Of a DNA stretch of 64,000 bases, positions 62,974-64,000 are shown in pieces. The stretch spans positions 53,247 to 117,246 of the forward strand of contig JAVEZR010000001.1 in NCBI GenBank assembly GCA_034002865.1. The letters are read 5' to 3'. The position numbers and the translations under genes are program-made. Position 1 is the first letter of the stretch; each line of letters starts with the position of its first letter. Below the pieces are notes generated by a model, which worked only from the letters and a program-made list of their open reading frames with translations, ran no database searches and was not told the origin of the DNA. Origin of the DNA: Candidatus Dojkabacteria bacterium (GTDB lineage: Bacteria; Patescibacteriota; Dojkabacteria; SC72).

Positions 62974-64000
62974 TGAAAAATATATCTAAAATACTTTCGT
63001 ATGCAGTTCTCCTCATATTAAGCGGTTTTCTACTCTCAGGCTGTAAGCCTTCGGAGGAAACTCTCTCGAAATACAATCAGATTGTTTCAGATGCGGATTT
63101 ATTAATAGAGGGAAAGGAGTACTCTTCCGCTATGGAGAAGCTAAGTGATGCTACTCAATTAGTACCGCAGCGATATGATGCATATGAAAGAATGGTAGAT
63201 ATATTACTACTGAAAAACAGGTTGGATGATGCTAAGAAACTAATAGATGAATCTGCTAATAAGTTGGGTGAAGACGATAGAGCTCAGTTATATACCACAG
63301 TGGGTAGAGCTTTCTATGATAATATGGAGTACTCTAAAGCTTTAATATGTTTTGAATTGGCAAAGGGGGCATTGGAGAGTGGTAATACAGTAAACCTAGA
63401 AATTGCCAAGGTGTATCTTCAGCAGGGAAATATACAGGGAGCTAAATCTATACTTAAGGGTAATTTCGAAGATGAACTTAATACAGAAGCCAAACTACTG
63501 TACTCATATCTACTCTCTACTACGGATACTAATCAAGCATTAGAGCTTGTAAGAGAGATTCAGCCATCAGAGCAGTGGAGTGAAAAATATTTAACCTGGG
63601 AAGAGACTCTGGGTAGTTTAAATGAAGATGAACTTTTTAATAGTGCCAAACTATCACAGGTATATATAGATGAGGGATATCCATATCTCGCAATTTCAGT
63701 CCTTGAATCTAAAAAGGAGAGTATGCAGGAGTATATAGATGGGATGTATCTTCTTGGTAAGGCTTACTATGAAAATGGAAAGTATCAAGAGAGCATAGAT
63801 ACCCTTGCAGGAGTAACTACATTGAGTAATTTAAACCCATACCTTTACTGGACTATAGCAAGGTCTTACTACTTACTAGATGATATTAATAACGCAACAT
63901 CTTACTATGATAGTGCAGTCTCATATGCGGGGGATAGCGCAGATGTTAAGGTATACCAGGAGTATTTAGATTTATTAATGGATAACAATCAGACAACAAA
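62974..64000 (+). CDS. TPR-repeat lipoprotein (partial; it continues beyond the window)
   Basis: A lipoprotein-type signal (LSGCKPS, a lipobox-like LSGC), then multiple TPR-like repeats (YDAYERMVDILL..., YSKALICFELAKG..., AYYENGKYQESIDTLAG...). There is no stop codon within the window. Confidence 0.5.

Noticed and set aside
1-64000. Search for tRNA, rRNA, CRISPR arrays, IS elements and integrases across all intergenic spacers
   Set aside because: No cloverleaf-compatible 70-90-nt segments, no rRNA-like conserved blocks, no regularly spaced direct repeats and no transposase or integrase-like ORFs were found. Intergenic regions are short and AT-rich and hold only promoter and terminator-like signals.

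Overview
This 64 kb window is low-GC (roughly one-third GC) and is read in the standard genetic code. Genes are tightly packed on both strands; I found no rRNA, tRNA, CRISPR array, transposase or integrase. The gene content looks like a streamlined bacterium with a Gram-positive-type envelope: MurJ, an LCP-family protein, sortase, MltG, an Rpf-like G5 protein, a compact IF-2 and a compact AlaS. On that basis it plausibly comes from a Patescibacteria/CPR-like lineage, but that is inference only.

Recognisable housekeeping blocks:
- groES-groEL behind a sigma70-like promoter and a CIRCE-like inverted repeat.
- folD-glyA-thyX-dcd-sufS, with ThyX in an unusual tandem-duplicated form.
- A Lon-like AAA+ module that lacks both the N domain and the protease domain.
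- rpsT, three membrane proteins, then lepA and recF on the minus strand.
- holA, LCP, mltG, ruvX and alaS.
- dnaJ (preceded by a CIRCE-like element), nusA, infB, rpsO and pnp.
- rsmB-family and rsmE methyltransferases, uvrD/pcrA, and an Rpf-like transglycosylase.

The two most interesting regions:
1. At 19.1-23.2 kb there is a translationally coupled minus-strand operon. It encodes a PrgI/VirB3-like membrane protein with an extracytoplasmic beta-sandwich domain, a 218-aa unknown protein, a clear VirB4/TrbE-type ATPase with charged terminal extensions, and a 75-aa protein.
2. At 50.1-59.8 kb there is a seven-gene plus-strand operon of wholly uncharacterised envelope proteins. Two of them, an ~8-TM VirB6/TrbL-like membrane protein and an 869-aa membrane protein with a large cytoplasmic N-domain and an extracellular M23 peptidase domain, read like parts of a cell-wall-spanning machine. 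Its other five genes are listed under findings.

Taken together, these could be a dispersed, minimal T4SS-like apparatus with no coupling protein or relaxase, or a previously undescribed envelope system. All functional assignments rest on reading the translated ORFs for motifs; no database search was possible.
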